Shown one piece after another: positions 52,916 to 64,000 of a stretch of DNA of 64,000 nt. Source of the stretch: Heterodontus francisci (taxonomy: Eukaryota). Where the stretch lies: positions 51,926,430 through 51,990,429 of the forward strand of contig NC_090399.1 in the NCBI RefSeq assembly GCF_036365525.1, in the 5' to 3' direction. A program made the position numbers and the translations under genes. Position 1 is the stretch's first letter. Every line of letters starts with the position of its first letter. The notes below the pieces were generated by a model, which was not told where the DNA came from, ran no database searches, and saw nothing but the letters and a program-made list of their open reading frames with translations.

Positions 52916-53269
52916 AATGGTTTCAACCTCTGCCTCTCCACCAAACCCCACCACGCCCCCAGTGTATTTAATGGATTAAGTAGATGCCATCCTTTAATCA
53001 GGTGCTGATTTGATACTGTCGATTGTCTGGTTTTATCCTGGTAATTGATTGGTAGCTTTTACTATTTGTCACGTGAATGGAAATGATTGTTCATTGGTTC
53101 ACATTTAGTCAGTGGTATATTTGAGCCAATCAGTATGGTTATCTAAACACCTCATCGTTACTTGAGCCCATTCATGATTTTTGGTACTACAGACACATGA
53201 GAATTGATGATTCGGACACACACTAAACACAAGATTTTTAACGGTATAGGTGTCATTTTGGATCTGTTG

Positions 53270-53920
53270 ATAGCACTGTTGCCCTTGAGTCAGAGATTGA
53301 AGATTCAAGGACCACTGTAGAGGGATTAGCGCATCATTTAGGCTGACACTGCAGCAACTTACTAAGGTTACTTTAACAGCACCTCCCTGCTATTCAAAGT
53401 CTACTAGAAATAAGACGAGCAATGTGTAGGAACACCATCACCTTCAAATTCCACCCTGACTTGAACATATATTGGCATTCCTTTATTCTCAGTGCGTAAA
53501 TATCCTGGGACTTCCTACACCTTCACCACACAGAAGGCCCACCACCACCTTCTCAGTGCAGCGAAGAATGGACAATAAATGTGACCTTGACAGTCATGCA
53601 AATCCCAAGAAGAAATTAAATCAAACTTAAGTAGGGGAGATCAATATATTGACTTTTAGATGCGGTGTTAACCTGAGGTCACATTTGCCCTCAAAGGTTG
53701 ATATAAAAGATCATATGGTACTATTGCAACAAGAGCAGGGAATTCTCCCAGATATATCCCCCAGCCAACAACATCAGATGCAAATGAATTTAGTCTTGCA
53801 TCTCATTTTCTGTTTTCAGGATCTAGCTGTACACATAACAGATGGAAATCATTCTATATAATTTACCTAGGGATGTGTTAAGGATGAGTTAAGGGGTTAT
53901 ATAAATGTAATCTCTTTCTT
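53270..53920 (+). mobile_element. Ancient DeuSINE (SacSINE1-like) remnant interrupted by a later insertion
   Basis: Deu-domain-like TAAAAGATCATATGGTACTATTGCAACAAGAGCAGGGAATTCTCCC at ~53704-53750. Confidence 0.55.
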
Positions 53921-54053
53921 TAGTTAGATTGCCCTCCACTGCGTATTGAAAATGTTTCATTTCTGATCCGACTAAATGGTCTCCTACTGATTTATGAATT
54001 GGTCATTTTTTACACTCTACAAACTACCTATTATGTTGTATTTATTTTGCTAC

Positions 54054-57000
54054 TGTCATGGTCCTGTAATTTGTTTTCTCCGGGGACTATGTGGTGTGTC
54101 TTTAAAGCTGGAAAAGGAGCCGTGCTGTTTTAAGAACCAGCAAGCCTCAGGAGTTAAAGAAAATGCATTTTGGTTGCCGTTGGATGCAACTATATGGAGA
54201 GAGAAGCAACCAGCTTCAGAGAATGCATCCTGGTTACCTGGCAACAGCCATTCAGGGACCCAGGACCGGATATATAATGTTACAATTATTTTTGAACTGG
54301 CTTTTTAGTTGAAGACAGTCTGTTCTAGGAGGACACAGACAGACAGCTGGTGTTACCACCTGAAAGACGAGCTCTCAGCCATTTAAACTGAAGGAAGAGA
54401 ATCTAGTCTGTTTAGTTATTATCTCTCAAAATTCGAAAAAAGTCAAACCAAAACAGAGATCTCTGATAATTTAAACTGAAGGAAGGGAAGTTAGACTGTG
54501 ACAATCTTTTATCCCTCAAAAACTCTAGAGTCAGATTGATTCTATTGAAAGCGTTTGCAAGTGGTTAATTATTGAAATCCATCACTGGAGAAGGAAAGCA
54601 TCACTTATTGCTGGAATTAGACTATGGACTGTTCTACTGTTGAAGAACCTTGTTTCCCCATCGGACAGCTGTGAGGACTTCAAGCAACATTGGACTGTAA
54701 ATTTGCAAGGACTCTAATTTTTTCTATTTAAATGTTGTTTATATCTTCATAGTGCTTAAGGATTTAGTTTTTTAAAAATTAAACAGTTAATTTGTTGATT
54801 TAAAGACACCTGGTTTGGTTAGCCTCATTCGGGGGTTAATAGATGGTACAATTTGGCTGGGCCTCTCTTTAATTTGGAAAGTTTAAAATGGTATGTTAGT
54901 TAATCTGTGGATGAACGAGATTGAATTATCAGTGCGTTTCTCCCACCACAATCAGAATTGTATATTTTGATTGCGGGCTTTGACTGGAGCGATCGGTCGC
55001 AATTTATTAATTGGGGGCTCGTCCGGGATTTGAATAACATATTAATTAGAGGCTTTTTCGAGGTTTGAAGCACATATTAATTGGATTTCTCAGGATTTAA
55101 ATCATATCTTAATTGGGACTCACTCGCAGTTGATTCATATTTAATTCGGTGGCTCGTGTCTGGGATCAGAATCAGACTAATCTGGAGGGCTTGCATTTGG
55201 AATCATATTAATTACTCGTTTCTGAGATAACATATTAAATTGGGGGCTTGTGTTTGGTATCATATTAATTGCTGTCGAGTCTGGCTTCATATCAATCATA
55301 AACTCGATTGTTGGGATCTAAATCTAACACCAATTGCAAAGAAATTAAAAGAACCAGGTCTCTTATATAATGAGGTACAGTCTATACCATTGTTGTGGCA
55401 TTAGTGGTTGTAGCAGAGTTTTTGGCAAAGCAGAATGTTTCCCTGAGTGGCTTGATAACTTTAACTAAGAACAAATTAAAAGAATTGGCAGCGAAATTGG
55501 GGTTGGAATTGAAATCAGGTGCCAAAAAGGCAGTGATAATTGACGTAATAGCCAAACATCTGGAATTAGAAGATAATGATGATACAGATGAAGGGCAACA
55601 CGAGGAACAAGAAAACGAGTATGAGGGACAAGAGGGTAGTAGGTCCAAGAGAAATGCAATGGAATTGGCTAGGATTCAGTTAAAAATGAAAAAACGAGCT
55701 TCAACGGGAAAAAGAAAAAACAATAGCACCAAGAAAACTTGAATTGGAAAAAGAGGAAAGGGAGAAAGAGAGCATTTCAGAGAGAAAGTGAAAGAGAAGA
55801 GAAGGAATTTAAGTTAAAAGAGATGGAACTAAGACAAAACGGTAGAATCCAGGGAAAATTCGGGTCAGGAAGAATCTGAGTTTAGATCAGGACCCAGTGA
55901 GAAGTTATTTAAATTTATACAGGCTCTTCCTAAGTTTGAGGAAAGGGATGTAGAGGCATTTTTCGTTTCTTTTGAAAAAATAGCCAAACAGATGAAATTG
56001 CCAAAAGAAAGCTGGACATTGCTCATGCAGGGCAGGCTGGTAGACAGAGCTCATGAAGTTTATGCCATGCTTTCTGAAGAGGCTTCTGCAGATTATGAGA
56101 TGGCAAAAAAGGCTATTCTTGCTGCGAATGAGTTAGTCCCTGAAGCTTACCGTCAGAAGTTTAGGAACTTACAGAGATTGACTGGGCAGACATATTTAGA
56201 ATTTGAGAGGGTGAAGCAAATGAATTTTGACCGTTGGATACGGGCATTAAAGATAGAAACCGCATATGAGAACCTTTGAGAATTGATTCTCTTAAGAGTT
56301 TAAAAGCGCCATTCCTTCAGTAGTGAAAACTCATTTAGATAACCTTAAAGTTTTGAAAGCTAGGCACTCAGCAGAGATTGCTGATGATTTTGAGCTTGTG
56401 AATTCGCCAGACTATTTTGTCCGTTGCTCCCATAAACCTGAGCAGGATAGAAAGTGGGAGAGTGAAAGGAAGGCAAGTAGCTGGGGACAAGAAGGAACAG
56501 CTGGGAATACCCCGGGTTCACCTCCTCAGGTCAGAAAGGAAGGTGCTGAGGGTAGAAATGAGGATCGCAAGCCAAAGTGTTATCATTGCAACAAAACGGG
56601 TCATCTTTGTTCAGAGTGCTGGAAATTGCGAGGTAAACCCATAGGACTCATTTGGGTACGCAAAGTTAGTGCAGAGGAAAAGACTCTGACTGAGTGTCTA
56701 GCAGACCAGGCTATAACATTAATGACAGCTGTGACTGTGAAACCAGATACTAAAACTAAAACGAGTGTTGAGGTTAAGAATAAAATACCTGAGAGTAATA
56801 ATGATTTTTTGTCAAAGGGGAGAATAATTCCGTATCCTGTAAGTGAGGCAGGAAAACCGATCATTATACTCAGGGATACAGGAGCGACCCAAACTCTCTT
56901 GCTGGGGAAAGATATGAGGTTTCCACCAGAGAGCGCCTTGAATACTAAAGTTTTAGTAAATGGAATTGGCGGGGAGTATATACCCGTACCTTTGTATAAA

Positions 57001-59901
57001 GTATACCTAGAGAGTGACTTTCTAACTGGGATAGTAACTGTAGGTGTTGTCCACAGTTTACCAGTAAAGTGAATTGATCTACTCCTAGGAAATGATTTGG
57101 CTGGATCAAAAGTATCAGTTTCTCCTATAGTTCCTCCTATAGAGGAACCAAGTGAAATTAAGGAAACGGAGCAATTACAGGTGCAAGTTCCGGGAATATT
57201 TCCTACGTGTGTAGTTTCCCGAGCAATGGCTAAACAGGATCCACTGTCACAGGTAAAAGGGGCACCACAAATAGATAGCCAAGTATCTGAAACCTTATTT
57301 GGGGATTTAGATAATCCAAATGAGATGTTTAACAGATCGTCTGTCATTGCAGCACAGCAAGCTGATCCAGAGATATACCAAATAGAACAGACAACTCTGT
57401 CAGAAGCAGAGGCGAAAGGAGTTCCAGAAGGCTATTATATGGCAAATGGGGTTTTTAGGAGGAAATGGAGACGACCTCAAAGGCCTGCCAATGAAGACTG
57501 GACAGTTGTTGAACAGATAGTGGTACCACCTAAATATCGACAAGGATTATTAAGGTTAGCAGGCAACATTCCTTTTGCAGGACATAGGGGAATTCGGAAG
57601 ACAAATCACACATAAGCAAACATTATTACTGGCCAGGTCTTACAAAGGATATGAGATAATTTTGAAGGGCATGCCACACCTGTCAAATGGTGGGGAAACC
57701 TCAACCTGTCATAAAACCAGGGGATGAGGCATTCGTGTTGTTGCCGTCACAGGGAGAACCAATGAAAGCACGGTTCAGTGGCCCATATAGAGTGATCAAA
57801 AGAGTGGGTAAGGTAGGTTACTTGATTGACACCCCTGATTGCCGGAAGAAGAACCAATAGTGTCACATTAATGTGCTCAAACAACATTACTACAGGGAGG
57901 AGGATAAGCCAGTAAAGATATGTCAGGTGATCGGGACTGTTGAGAAGGAAAAGGATAGTGAGGATGAGGCAGCAGTAGGCCTAGGAAATTCTCAGACTGA
58001 ACCTCCAACTATCCCATTAGCATGCCAAAAGACTTGCAGGTTGGTAGGTAAATTGGCCATTATAAATTGCCCCTAGTATAGGTAGGTGGTAGGGAAATGT
58101 AGGGACAGGTGGGGATGTGGTAAGAATATGGAATTAGTGTAGGATTGGTATAAATGGGTGATTGATGGTCAGCACAGACTCAGTGGGCCGAGTATCAGTG
58201 CTGTATCTCTAAACTAAACTAAACATCCTTGTTGCTTAGGTCCAGACAGACAGGCCCAAGTGGAAGCAGAGGTACAATGCATGCTGAAGGGCAGCTTAGT
58301 TGAACCTAGTCAGGACAGCTGGAATTCGCGGATGGTCTTGATGGCTAAACCTGGTGGGACGGCTCAAACTTGCATAGACTCTAGAAAGGTCACTGTGGCA
58401 AAGAAGGCAGACTCCTACTCAAGTTCTTATTTAAAGGACTGTATGGACAGAGTGGGCAACACAATGTGTCTTAAAGAGACAGATGTGTTGGAGGGATACT
58501 GTCAAATTCCTTTGACGCCCCAGGGTAAGAAAAAATCAGCTTCTGTTACAACGGACAGGGCTTTCCAGTGTCAAGTGATGCCACACAGGTTAAGGGGTAC
58601 TTGAAAAACTTCTCAGAGAATAGTGAACCCAGTAGTGGTCAGTGTTCCTTGCTGTGCAGTTCACCTGGCTGAGGCGATGGACAATGGGGACACATGGAAG
58701 GAAAACACGAAACATTTGGAAGACTATGCTTATAAATTTGAAATGGGTTAATTGGAACAACCTTTTGAAAATTTTTAAAGCTGAAATGTTCTGGTGGAAC
58801 TTGTTGCTGTACTCTTAACATTTTAGAGAAGTGTATACCAGTAAATGCATAGAAAATGTGTTAGCGTTTTTTCAATTTGTATTTTTTTTACCCATTGTAA
58901 TGAAACACATTTCAGGAATGGCGTTTCATTCCGCTGGGGGTGGAGGTGTCATGGTCCTGTAGTTTTTTTTCCTCAGGGGACTACGTGGTGTGTCTTTAAG
59001 GCTGGGAAAGGAGCCGTACTGCTTTAAGAACAAGCAAGCCTCAGGAGTTAGTGAAAGTGCATTTTGGTTGTCCTTCGATATAACCATATGGAGAGGGAAC
59101 CAACCAGCTTCAGAAAATGCATCCTGGTTACCCGCCAACAGCCATTCAGGGACCCAGGATCGAATATATAATGTTGCAATTATTTTTTGAACTGGATTTT
59201 TCGTCAAAGACAGTCTGTTCTCGGAGGACACAGACAGACAGCTGGTGTTACCACCTGAAAGACGAGCTCTCAGCCATTTAAACTGAAGGAAGAGAATCTA
59301 GTCTGTTTAATTATTATTATCTCTCAAATTTCTAAAAAAGTCAAGCCAAAACAGAGATCTCTGATAATTTAAACTGAAGGAAGAGAAGGTAGACTGTGGC
59401 AATCTTTTATCCCTCAAACTCTAGAGTCAGATTGATTCTATTGAAAGCGTTCGCAAGTGGTTAATTATTGAAATCCATCGCTGAAGAAGGAAAGCATCAC
59501 TTATTGCTGGAATTAGACTACGGACTGTTCTACTGTTGAAGAACCTTTTTTTCCTCTTCGGACAGCTGTGAGGACTTCGAGCAACATTGGACTGTAAATT
59601 TGCAAGGACTCTAATTTTTTCTATTTAAATGTTGTTTATATCTTCATAGTGCTTAAGAATTTAGTTTTTTAAAAATTAAACAGTTAATTTGTTGATTTAA
59701 AGACACCTGGTTTGGTTAGCCTCATTCGGGGGTTAATAGATGGTACTATTTGGCTGGACCTCTCTTTAATTTGGAAAGTTTAAAATGATATCTTAGGCGA
59801 TCTTTGGAGCAACGGGATTGAATTATCAGTGCATTTCTCCCACCCCAATCAGTTTCAAATATTTTGATTGCGGGCTTTGACTGGAGCGGTCGGTTGTAAC
59901 A
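54054..59901 (+). mobile_element. Gmr1-like Ty3/gypsy LTR retrotransposon with both LTRs, internally deleted and decayed, in MHC intron 2
   Basis: 5' LTR 54054-~55004 and 3' LTR 58947-59901 (TGTCA...TAACA). TSD CTAC at 54050-54053 and 59902-59905. PBS at 55012-55029 and PPT GGGGGTGGAGG at 58936-58946. Internal order is gag, CCHC (CYHCNKTGHLCSEC), protease (LRDTGA), integrase zinc finger and GPY/F, then RT N-terminus. Confidence 0.95.
55012..55029 (+). promoter_or_regulatory. Primer-binding site for tRNA-Pro, TGGGGGCTCGTCCGGGAT
   Basis: Perfect 18-nt complement of the tRNA-Pro 3' end (the same sequence as the MLV PBS), directly after the 5' LTR. Confidence 0.92.
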
Positions 59902-59953
59902 CTACACCACATCAGTTAATTGTACCCATGCTTTGTCCTGTCTCTGCCCACAG

Positions 59954-60235
59954 TTCCCCCACAGATTGCCATGTACTCTGAAGACAGTGTAAAATGGGGT
60001 CAGCCCAACACATTGATCTGCCTGGCTGATGGATTCTACCCTCCAAGGATTACCATGAAGTGGAGAAAAAACAATGAAGTAGTGACTGACAGAGACAGCA
60101 TCACAGAGTACTATATAAAAAAGGATTATTCCTACCAGAGATTCGCATACCTGAGCTTTGTCCCGAGTTCTGGAGACATGTATTCCTGCCACGTGGAGCA
60201 CGAGGGTCTGGAGCAGCCAGCTACTGTATTCTGGG
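59954..60235 (+). CDS. DAA: MHC class II alpha chain exon 3 (alpha2 Ig C1-set domain); the gene presumably continues beyond the window
   Basis: CACAG acceptor, then a 282-bp exon encoding (I)PPQIAMYSEDSVKWGQPNTLICLADGFYPPRITMKW...YLSFVPSSGDMYSCHVEHEGLEQPATVFW, then a GTGAGT donor at 60236. Both Ig cysteines and the NTLIC, FYPP and YSCHVEH motifs are intact, and it is in frame with exon 2. Confidence 0.97.
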
Positions 60236-61274
60236 GTGAGTATGGATTTGATGAGCTAGGATCTGATTTCATCACTGATTTATGACAAGCTGCTGTGCAG
60301 TACACAAACTACACTTCCTGTTCTTCACTTGTACACAAAGCCCCAGATTTACGTTTTTCTCCAAAAAAGGAGAATATATGGCCCTTAACAGCGCTCTTCC
60401 CATCCATTCACCCAGTCATTACTTCTTTCCCCCTCACTCCAATCGCATCCTCCACCATTTTACTTCCCCACCACCCCTTCCTATCACCCCCTCACTCCCT
60501 TCAGTGCTCCACCTCTTCCCCTTTAAATTGCCCACTTGATCTCTGTATTCTCCTCTCCCCATTGCTGTACTGTCACTCTCGTCCCCCTTAACACTCTATC
60601 CATTCCGACTCACTGGATGGTGAAAGGCCAGAGACCTCATCATCCTCAACCAGTTTTCATCCTCCCCTCCATTTGCCTCGCTGTACCTTCTTCTTCCCCT
60701 TGCCTTTCTCCTCCACTCTCTGTCCCCTCCCTCAACCCTCTGCAAGTGACTTTGCTTGATTTCAAAATTCAGCTATTAAAAATTCAAATGAGCCTGCTTG
60801 TGGAGCCAGCAGGAACTCTCAGTTCCAAGTTAAAACTATGGGCTGCTGCCAGACATGTCTTGTTCCCCCTCAATCCTCCCCCCCAATATCCTCCCCCATC
60901 TCACTCTCACAGCCACTGCTCCCATCCTAATCTGCTCACCCTTTCCTTCATCCCTGACACCGCTCTTCCCCCATCCCTTCAATTTCCTCCCCTCCTCTCC
61001 CCCACCCCAGACTCCACTCACCCCTCCCAATCTTCCACCCTTCACCGCAGCCAATGGGCTGCTCCCATCACCTCCCCCTTCCTCCCTGCCCAGACACCAT
61101 GCACGCCCTACCGATTACACCCCAGCCACCACTCCCCCTCCAAATCTCTCCATGCCCTCCTTGCTCCCCAGCCACTACTTGTCCCTTCCCAATATCCTCC
61201 ACCCCTCCATCCCAACCGCACTCATCCCCCTCCCACAGTAAAAGATCTTCTATTCATTGTAAAAGATCTTCTTG

Positions 61275-63720
61275 TAAAAGGTGATCATAATACAACTAAA
61301 CTCTATATTATGCTTCAAGGAGACATACTCAAATCCAAAACAAGAATCTTAAAGCTAAACAAAGCCAATTACATAGATATAAGGGCTGAGCTGGCTAAGG
61401 TTCATTCGGTGAATACGCTAAAAAAGTATGGCAATAAATAAATAATGGGAAATATTTTTTTTAAATTCAAAATGTCCAACAAAAATACATTCCATTAAAA
61501 AACAGAAACTCTGCAAGAAAAATCCATCCATGGCTTACTCGGAAAGTTAAGGATAGTATTAGATTAAAAAAGAGACTTATAATGTTGCAAAGAATAGTAG
61601 TAAGCCTGAGGATTGAGAGTTTTAGAAGCCAGCAAAAGGCAACAAATAAGTTGATAAAAAGGAAAAAAGGAAAATATGAAAGCAAATCAGCCAGCAATAT
61701 GAAAACAGATTGTAAGAGGTTTTACAAGTATATAAACAGGAGGAGAGTAGTTAAAGTAAATGTTGGCTCCTTAGAGGCTGAGATTGGAGAAATTATCATG
61801 GGTAATGAGGAATTGGCAAAGACATTGAAAAAGTATTTTGTCTGTTTCACAGTAGAAGACACAAATTATGTATTGGAAATAGAGGGTAACCAAGGGTCTA
61901 ATAAGAGTGAGGAATTTAAAGTAATTAATATCAGTAGAGAAAAAAAGTATTAGAGAAACTTAAGGGACTAAAAGCCGACAATCCCCAAGACCTGATGGCC
62001 TACATCCTAGGGTTCTAAAAAAGATTGCTGCAGAGATAGTGGATGCACTGGGTATGATTTTCCAAAATTCCATAGATTCTAGAATGGCCCCAGCGGATTG
62101 GCAGTTAGCAAATGTAATACCGATATTCAAGAATGGAGGAAGAGAGAAAACAGGAAACTGCAGCCCTGTTAGTCTGACATCAGTTGTTGAGAAAATGCTG
62201 GAATCCATTATTAAGGAAGACTTAACAATGCACTTAGAAAATCATGGTATGATCAGACAAAGTCAACATGGTTTTATGAAAGGGAAATCATACTTGAGAA
62301 ATTTATTCGAGTTTTTTGAGGATGTAACCAGTAGGGTGGATAATGGGGAACCAGTAGATGTAGTATACTTGGATTTCCACATGGCATTTAATAAGGTGCC
62401 ACACAAAAGGTTAATATGAAAGATAAGGGCTTGTGGAGTTGGGAGTAAAATATTAGCATGGATAGAGGATTGTTTAATGGACAGAAAGCTGAGAGTACAG
62501 ATAAATGGGAGATTTTCAAGTTGGCAAACTGTAACTAGTGGAGTGCTGGGGCCTCAACTATTTACAATCTGTATTAATGACTTAGATGAAGTGACCGAGA
62601 GTAATGCATCCAAGTTTGCTGACAATACAAAGTTAGGTGGGAACATAAACTGTGAGGACACAAAATAGCTGCAAAGAGATATAGATAGGGTACGTGATTG
62701 GGCAACAAGGTAGCAGATGCAGTATAATGTGAGGAAGACTGAGGTTCTTCTCTTTGGCAATAAGAATAGAAAAGCAGAGTGTTTTTAAAAAGGCATGACA
62801 TTTTTAAATGTCGATGTTCAGAGGGTCTTGGGTGTACTCGCATAAGAAACACAGAAAGTTAGCATGTTGATACAGCAAGCAATCAGGAAGGCAAATGGCA
62901 TGTTGGCTTTTATTGCAAAGGAACCAGAGTACAAGTCAAGAAAGTTTTGTTACGGTTACAAGGGTGGCGCAGTGGTTAGCACCGCAACCTCACAGCTCCA
63001 GCGACCCAGGTTCGGTTCTGGATACTGCCTGTGCAGAATTTGTAAGTTCTCCCTGTGACAGCGTGGGTCCCCTCCGGGTGCTCCAGTTTCCTCCCACGTG
63101 CCAAAGACTTGTGGGTTGATAGGTAAATTGGCCATTGTAAAAAAAAAAAATACTTCCCCTAGTGTAGGTAGGGGAAGGTGGGGATGTGAGAGGAAACAAT
63201 GGGATTAATATATAGGATTAGTATAAATGGGTGGTTGATGGTCGGCACGGACTTGGTGGGCCGAAGGGCCTGTTTCAGTGCTGTATCTCTCTATGACTCT
63301 GAGTTGTGCAGGGCTTTGGTGAGTTTTGGTTTCCACATCTAAGGAAGGATATACTTGCATTGGAGACAGTACAGCGAAGGTTCACTGGATTGGCTCCTGG
63401 GAGGAGAGGGTTATCCTATGATGAGAAGCTGAGTAAATTGGGCCTGTATTCTCTTGAGTTTAGAAGAATGAGAGGTGATCTGATTGAAACATACAAAATT
63501 CTGAAGGGATTTGGCAGGGCTAACACTGAGAGGTTGTTTCCCTGGCTGGGGAATCTAGAACATGGGAGCACAGTCTCAGGATAAGGGGTGGATCATTTTA
63601 GACTGAGATGAGGAGAAATTTCTTCACTTAGAGGGTTGTGGATGCTCCACCATTGAGTATATTCAAGGCTGGGATAGACAGATATTTTGGTCTTTCAAGG
63701 AATCAAGTGATATGGGGAGT
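61275..63720 (+). mobile_element. Decayed CR1 LINE ORF2 in intron 3 with an HE1-like SINE insertion
   Basis: NCSPVSLTS, QHGF, YLDF..AF.KVPH, KFADNTK, RRMRGDLIE, with multiple stops. Confidence 0.9.
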
Positions 63721-63734
63721 GGGCAGGAAAGTGG

Positions 63735-63985
63735 AGGTTTTTTTTATTTGATCATGGGGATGTGGGTGTCACTGACTAGGCCAGCATTTATTACCCATCC
63801 CTAATTGCTCTTGAGAAGGTGGTGGTGAGCTGCCTTCTTGAACCGCTGCAGTCCATGTGGGGTAGGTATACCCACAGTGCTGTTAGGAAGGGTGTTCCAG
63901 GATTTTGATCCAGCGACAGTGAAGGAACAGTGATATAGTTCCAAGTCAGGATGGTGTGTGACTTGGAGGGGAACTTGCAGAGGCA
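63735..63985 (-). mobile_element. 3' end of the CR1/L2-group LINE family
   Basis: Matches 47700-47760 plus 48075-48250. Confidence 0.8.
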
Positions 63986-64000
63986 GTTGAGGCAGAAGAT

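Noticed and set aside
56323-57615. Possible domesticated SCAN/zinc-knuckle host gene
   Set aside because: It lies between two LTRs with TSD, PBS and PPT and is broken by stops and frameshifts, so it is a decayed retrotransposon.
60536-61441. 301-aa Pro/Ser/His-rich ORF downstream of exon 3, a possible exon 4
   Set aside because: Low-complexity C/T-rich sequence running into a CR1 fragment. It has no class II connecting-peptide or transmembrane motif (C..GL..G..G).

Overview
Vertebrate genomic DNA, almost certainly from a shark or other elasmobranch, judged from the MHC class II alpha protein and the HE1/HER1-type repeat families. The only host gene I can support is an MHC class II alpha chain gene on the + strand. 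Its X-Y box promoter is at 38209-38250, exon 1 (leader) at 38389-38455, exon 2 (alpha1) at 44620-44868 and exon 3 (alpha2 Ig-C1) at 59954-60235. All junctions are phase 1 GT-AG and the frame is open. I did not find the CP/TM/CY exon in the window. The first ~25.8 kb is a 35-bp minisatellite with kb-scale higher-order duplications. It carries nine amplified copies of a palindromic Penelope-like insert with degenerate minimal hammerhead-ribozyme motifs, plus one young CR1 RT fragment with an intact ORF. Two copies of a Gmr1-like gypsy LTR element (PR-IN-RT order, tRNA-Pro PBS followed by an array of PBS-like repeats) lie in opposite orientation either side of the promoter/exon 1/exon 2 block. 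The rest is decayed CR1, L2, RTE, SINE, Harbinger and solo-LTR sequence, plus two intronic minisatellites (80 bp and ~23 bp). The many His/Cys/Ser/Val ORFs in the ORF track are repeat artefacts. Repeat family names come from recognising motifs by eye, not from database searches.
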